A stretch of 63,684 nt of DNA, filler included, from Reclinomonas americana ATCC 50394 (lineage: Eukaryota), in assembly GCA_048213135.1 (NCBI GenBank). It is 5 parts of 5 records of this genome, joined end to end, with 100 filler letters (N's around TTAATTAATTAA, not from the genome) between each part and the next. Parts side by side here need not be neighbours in the genome. Positions count along the whole stretch, not along the records: positions 62,165 to 63,684 come from PS015262.1; 4 more parts are not named here. One strand, written 5' to 3'. A program made the position numbers and the translations under genes. This document shows positions 62,259 through 63,684 of the stretch, piece by piece. How positions within the stretch are numbered: the first letter of the stretch is position 1; each line of letters opens with the position of its first letter. A model generated the notes under the pieces. That model did not search any database, had not been told where the DNA came from, and saw nothing but the letters and a program-made list of their open reading frames with translations.

Positions 62259-63606
62259 CTTGCTGCAACGGATCAGTGGCCTCCACCACCGCCATGTCCA
62301 CCATGTCTGGCACACTACCCTGCAGCGACTCGATTTGTCGCTCCAGATCCATGCGAGCTGTGTCAATGTCGGCACGATATCGCTCCGTAATCTGCATGCC
62401 GAAAGAGAATTGAGCACAAGATCCAGTAGATCCATGCGCGCGCGAAACCGCTCACCGCCCCATGCGTCTCGTCCATGCGTTCGCGAATCTCTTCACGCAG
62501 CGCACGCTCAGCGTCGCCGGATAACGTCGACGACGGCGGAGCCTTGCTGCTGTTGCTACTGCTGGCCTCTTGTGCAGCCGCTAATCTCTTCTCGAGCTGC
62601 GCCACGACACCCTCGCAGTGCTTGGCGACGCCCTCGCAGCCACGCTCGCAAAACTGCACGCAGTGAGCGACGGCGCATCAACAACAACAACGTCGGTGGG
62701 AGAACCAAACCTCTTTCAGTTTGCTGTCCACCTCCTTCACCTCCCGTAAACAATCGGTGTGCTGCGCGGTCAGTGCCAACTGCGTTTGCTTTGTCTGCTC
62801 CGTGAGCGCCTTGTCCAGCAGAGACCGGACGTGCGCGTCGTTCTCCGACTTGAGTGCATCGAGTGCTGAGCGCACACCAGCAATCTGCTGCTCCAGTGTA
62901 GCCACGCTGCGGTTCGCACGATCCACGTCGGCCTGCAGTTTTGGCGAGACCTGCTGAATAATGATACATGAGTATGTCTTTCTCGTTGTCGCCAGCAAGC
63001 CGCAACAAAAACGCACCTCGGTGGAGGCGGAAGTTGTCTTGGGTGCCGATGCTGCTGCTGCTGCTGCCGCGGAGGATTCACGGAGGGCGGCCAACTGCGC
63101 CTCTAGCTCCTGTTTCTGCGCACTCAGCTGGCGCATCATGTCCCCTCGCAACGCCTGCAGCGACGAGTCGACATCGACGGCGGGTGCTGATGGAGCAGCT
63201 GATGCAGCGGATGCACTCTGCCTCCGCTGTGCCTCCAGCGCCTTGGTCCACTCTGTGCGCTCCTTGGAGAAGCGCTCATCCACTTCGGTGGACAGCTTTG
63301 TCAACTCCAGTGCCGTCTCCTTCTTGATGTCGCCACGCGCCGCTACCAGTTTTCGATCCACCGACTGATTCACCTCCTCCTCGCAGATTTGCACGCGACG
63401 CTGCATGCTCGTCTCCAACTCCACGCGGTACGTTCGCAGTGAATCGACACACTCCAGACGCACGGCATCAATGCGCTTGTCGGCATCGGCGGTGGCCTTG
63501 GTTGCGGCCTCCTGGGCACGCAGGGTGGTCTCACGCAGGCCGGTGGAGCGCTGATGTGCCTCGTCGTCGAAGCGGCGCTGCACGCTGCGGACGTGCTCGT
63601 CGACCT
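62259..63606 (-). CDS. Long coiled-coil protein, internal exons only
   Basis: Heptad-rich E/Q/R/A exons (VQRRFDDEAHQRSTGLRE.., LQADVDRANRSVATLEQQI.., ITERYRADIDTARMDLERQIESLQ) bounded by GT-AG. Confidence 0.7.
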
Positions 63607-63684
63607 CTGTGGAGGGAGGGGGAAGTGAGGAGAAGGGGGAGAAGGGGGAGAAGGGGGAGAAGGGGGAAGGGAGGAGAGGGAGAA

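Overview
Eukaryotic DNA from a GC-rich, intron-dense protist. The genus cannot be identified from sequence alone. Most introns are GT-AG, about 55-90 nt long, with a CTGAC/CTCAC-like branch motif, and microsatellites are abundant. The window joins five separate scaffolds through artificial N-TTAATTAATTAA-N linkers and has many N gaps, so the ORF track mostly shows exon fragments. Genes reconstructed by hand-splicing: an ASH2L/Bre2-like SPRY protein; a peptidase-M50B-like membrane protein; three tandem paralogs of an apparently catalytically dead DUSP11/RNA-triphosphatase-like protein; a RhoGAP/EF-hand protein; a giant pseudokinase-containing protein; an EF-hand protein; tRNA-Ala(CGC); a secreted EGF protein with two copies of an unrecognised 'DDT' domain; a secreted protein with a repeated ~55-aa module; a large secreted lectin-like/EGF/14-blade Asp-box propeller protein and a partial paralog; an orphan MTHFR exon; and a coiled-coil protein. 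Three observations stand out: (1) the pseudo-RNA-phosphatase array, (2) the double propeller with conserved scaffold and position-specific variability, and (3) an abundant H|GTTGCG class of 5' splice sites that looks shifted by one nucleotide. All family assignments come from motif recognition by eye, not from database searches.
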